64,000 nt of DNA, from assembly GCF_964355755.1 (NCBI RefSeq), contig NC_092670.1, positions 21,376,795 through 21,440,794 on the forward strand, given 5' to 3'. Position numbers and translations under genes: made by a program. Under the pieces are notes generated by a model that was given only the letters and a program-made list of their open reading frames with translations, was not told the DNA's origin and did no database searches. The DNA comes from Antedon mediterranea (Eukaryota > Animalia > Echinodermata). Of this stretch, positions 62,001 to 64,000 are shown piece by piece (the first letter of the stretch is position 1; each line of letters starts with the position of its first letter).

Positions 62001-64000
62001 TTTTTAGTTTACAAAATTAATGAAATTGTGGTGAAATTGACATTTGAGATATAATAATATTCTTTGGCGAATATTATAGATTAACTTCCTATACAAATTG
62101 TTAGTAGTTGCATGCCTTAACTTTGTTTCTTTTTTAGATTATAATTCTTAAAACACTAATTCGTACTTATTTTGTATTAATGCATGTTTGTCTTAACATT
62201 TGTTTTTTTATCAACAAATTTGATTACATTTAGCGTGAAGTTTTGGGTGATGAGCTTGAGGCTGAGAAAGAGGTTAATTCTGTAAGTAAGCCTTAAGCTC
62301 GGTCTACGTTATCAAACATTATGTGACAAAAAAATGTGATGTGCCCATATATAAAAATGATGATGTCATATCACTACCATATTTAAGCATATCACTACCA
62401 TTGGGCACATCAGATTTTTTTTTTAAACTAGTGTGATAGTGTAGACAGAGCTTTTAAGATTTTTGTGACCGTACAAACTATGTCAAACTCCTTGTGGTGA
62501 CCCCATACAGATTTTATTGTATCGTCCAAATAAAATTAGTATTGTATCGTCCAAATATGGGTGAATTGTGGATATTTATATTTTACAGATTCTTTAATAA
62601 TACTGTACTACAGAATGTATTTTAACACTCACAAACATGATCTAGAGTAGATATTCACTTGGTTAATTTTTAGACTAGACCATATATTTTGATGTGAAAT
62701 TGAAATGAGTTCTTTTCCATGTGAATGGCAGATGCCTATGTTATAGTAATAAAGTACTCCTTTACAAAGTGAGATGTACAGACAATCTCATATGATCATT
62801 TCTCCACCTTTAATCCTTTAATTTAATTGTGTATATATAAATTGAATTTCATTTTTGCTAATAGGATGACTATGTTAACTGGAAAGAAGTTTGGGAGCAT
62901 TTTAAATGCATCATCTCCGGGTCGTCGAGTTGTCTTCCCAGGACAAGTAACCTTTTCCATGCACTTGGAAGTATGACTGTAAGTTGTCAAGAAGTCACAT
63001 AAATTATCCCAATATCATAGTACCTTTACAACAATAATTATAGTTTGAATTTTAAATCATTTACACACATACTGCCCAAAAAATGTAATGAGAAAAGATA
63101 ATAATCCTCAAAGAAATTCATGGTTAATACATTAAATATTTAAGAACATCCAAAATACATTACACAACAGGATAAAAACTATACAATTATAATAGCTTGA
63201 AGATGTATTGTCCCCCAAAAACATGAAAAATGAAGATTAGTAAAATCGGACTTTAAATAGTCCATTTTGCAGTTTTAATAAAGTTATTTACTTCTGGAAA
63301 AAAAAAATAATGATTTCACTTATAAATAGACAAACGAAACAGAACCAAAAACCATTGTCATACATTTTAAGTATTTTTTGCTTTAAATTACATTTTTTTA
63401 AGGTAAATCATTTTTTTTTTCAATCCAGTTTTTGGTCAAAGTGAATAGCTATTACATGACATTAAAATGGCATATTCAACAAAACATTTGAAAAAAAACT
63501 ACTTTTTTTATTGGGACAATATATCTTTAAAAAACAAGTTGGTATTTACAAACTATTTTTAAAGTTTAACCAACCAATCTTAATTGTTTATGTAGGTTTT
63601 CAGTTGTGTGGATAAAAGAGGGATTCTTTCCCAGCCAGATCCATCAGTTGAACGAGTGTTTTTTCTAACTGGTTTACAACCTGATAACACATCTATTGAT
63701 TCAGTCTTTAGTCCATCTGATGAACATAGTGAACACCTGGATGGCGATGCAAATGATTCAGGAATAACTGTCGCAAAGAAACCAAGTATGTTTTAAAATT
63801 AATTTTTGTCTCAGTTATTCATTAAACATCTTTGCTGGCTGGGACGTCTTTGATTGAGTTTGCTGTTGGAGTCCCCCTGGTCTAGCATCTGTGATGTATG
63901 TATTGTTTGTATTGTTTGTATTCGAAATGAATTGAATTGAATTAAACTTTATTATTGTAAGCATTTGTTTAAATTTCATAATTGTTTATTTTCCAGTGAT
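55658..64000 (+). CDS. TMEM94: Transmembrane protein 94 (ERMA/KIAA0195, P-type-ATPase-like), 5' part: join(55658..56039,56886..57082,57430..57572,60787..60886,61433..61519,61812..61925,62234..62281,62865..62978,63596..63785,63997..>64000)
   Basis: GT-AG introns with consistent phases. Motifs WTYRDGKLVNLPSALLVQGDTVLIRPGQ, FEVLETP, CLNQALNRPVSVLEN, MPLLPLFFPMCW and LFHALGSMTVFSCVDKRGILSQPDPSVERVFF match human TMEM94 (WAYRDGHLVNLPVSLLVEGDIIALRPGQ ... LLHSLGSVTVLCCVDKQGILSWPNPSPETVLF). Confidence 0.92.
56381..56826. mobile_element. Kolobok-type non-autonomous element (TTAA TSD), different interior
   Basis: ttaa|agatgtattgtccctt ... aaggaacaatacatct|ttaa; same termini as 19537-19882. Confidence 0.75.
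56886..57082 (+). CDS. TMEM94: TMEM94 coding exon 2
   Basis: tttccag| ECIENREDW...YRDGKLVNLPSALLVQGDTVLIRPGQVVPARLKHTE |gtaata. Confidence 0.93.
57430..57572 (+). CDS. TMEM94: TMEM94 coding exon 3
   Basis: aacacag| KNDLVLNVGDRYEP...CFEVLETPYLRSL |gtgaga. A NAGNAG acceptor (cag aag) is possible. Confidence 0.88.
57663..60715 (+). mobile_element. Helentron/DINE-1-like non-autonomous element in TMEM94 intron 3
   Basis: The T-rich start tttattagtcgcgtg has an adjacent inverted copy (acgcgact) and a (GTCG)n(GTCT)n microsatellite at ~57701-57737. The 3' end has subterminal cacgcgact (~60681), stem-loop gccat-ctat-atggc and a T-run. This is the DINE/HINE layout. Confidence 0.7.
58028..60332. mobile_element. 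Nested 2.3-kb insertion with ccacat...atgtgg termini inside the Helentron-like element
   Basis: Flanked by a 22-bp direct repeat: tagcgcatgtaacgcatgcgta (58006-58027) and taccgcatgtaacgcatgcgta (60333-60354). Imperfect TIRs; no recognisable ORF. Confidence 0.7.
60787..60886 (+). CDS. TMEM94: TMEM94 coding exon 4
   Basis: ttttag| RVCLNQALNRPVSVLENKRIMCTRVIHVILPIIF |gtaagt. Confidence 0.9.
60925..61392. repeat. 16-bp minisatellite (ttgttaactagtttac) with a 64-bp higher-order core at 61021-61340
   Basis: Twenty 16-mers in the recurring order ttgttaactagtttac / tt(a/g)ttaactattttac / ttgtttactagtttac / ttattaactaggttac. Confidence 0.95.
61433..61519 (+). CDS. TMEM94: TMEM94 coding exon 5
   Basis: ttttatcag| VISLFTNIGRYFVLTEDVGDWPDMVLVLP |gtaatt. 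Confidence 0.88.
61812..61925 (+). CDS. TMEM94: TMEM94 coding exon 6
   Basis: ttctcag| IYAIMPLLPLFFPMCWVVINAYGVARLVAVFNKALKKT |gtaaga. Confidence 0.9.
62234..62281 (+). CDS. TMEM94: TMEM94 coding exon 7 (48 nt)
   Basis: catttag| REVLGDELEAEKEVNS |gtaagt; phase 0-0 acidic linker. Confidence 0.7.
62296..62452. mobile_element. Second copy of the 44300-44454 MITE
   Basis: agctcggtctacgttatcaaa ... tgatagtgtagacagagct, with the same interior and degraded CArG-like units at 62345, 62377 and 62398. Confidence 0.8.
62865..62978 (+). CDS. TMEM94: TMEM94 coding exon 8
   Basis: gctaatag| DDYVNWKEVWEHFKCIISGSSSCLPRTSNLFHALGSMT |gtaagt. Confidence 0.92.
63201..63526. mobile_element. Kolobok-type non-autonomous element, same family as 19537-19882
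   Basis: ttga|agatgtattgtccccc ... gggacaatatatct|ttaa. The interior is shared (aaatcggacttt...ccattttgcagttttaat; tttttgctttaaattacatttt). Confidence 0.8.
63596..63785 (+). CDS. TMEM94: TMEM94 coding exon 9 (DKRGILS, degenerate P-domain motif)
   Basis: tatgtag| VFSCVDKRGILSQPDPSVERVFFLTG... A|gtatgt; the next acceptor is ttttccag| at 63996. Confidence 0.92.

Overview
AT-rich, intron-rich animal genomic DNA, probably from an invertebrate; nothing here looks prokaryotic and there is no CRISPR array. It holds two host genes on the + strand. (1) A myocardin-related transcription factor (MRTF/MKL family) with three RPEL motifs, B1, Q, SAP, coiled coil and a C-terminal activation domain. Shared coding exons span 39961-50735, and two alternative phase-compatible first coding exons exist: a poly-Q exon at 6112-6676 and a short, very basic NLS-like exon at 23880-23967. 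(2) The 5' part of TMEM94 (ERMA/KIAA0195, P-type-ATPase-like), from 55658 past the window end. The most unusual object is a 2.5-kb non-autonomous DNA transposon (1377-3923; 28-bp perfect TIRs, 7-bp TSD). It carries two convergent, spliced, decayed genes: a RAG1-N-terminus/Chapa/ZAD-like CxxC...CxxC zinc-domain gene and an acidic-tract + PHD-finger gene. Several 23-29 bp TIR-TIR remnants flanked by 7-bp duplications look like P-element-type excision footprints. Also present are a MITE family carrying 21-bp-spaced CArG (SRF) boxes, related CArG arrays in the MRTF 3' region, Kolobok- and Harbinger-type MITEs, a Helentron/DINE-like element with a nested insertion, and several tandem repeats. All calls come from manual reading and translation, and homologue comparisons are from memory; no database search was run.
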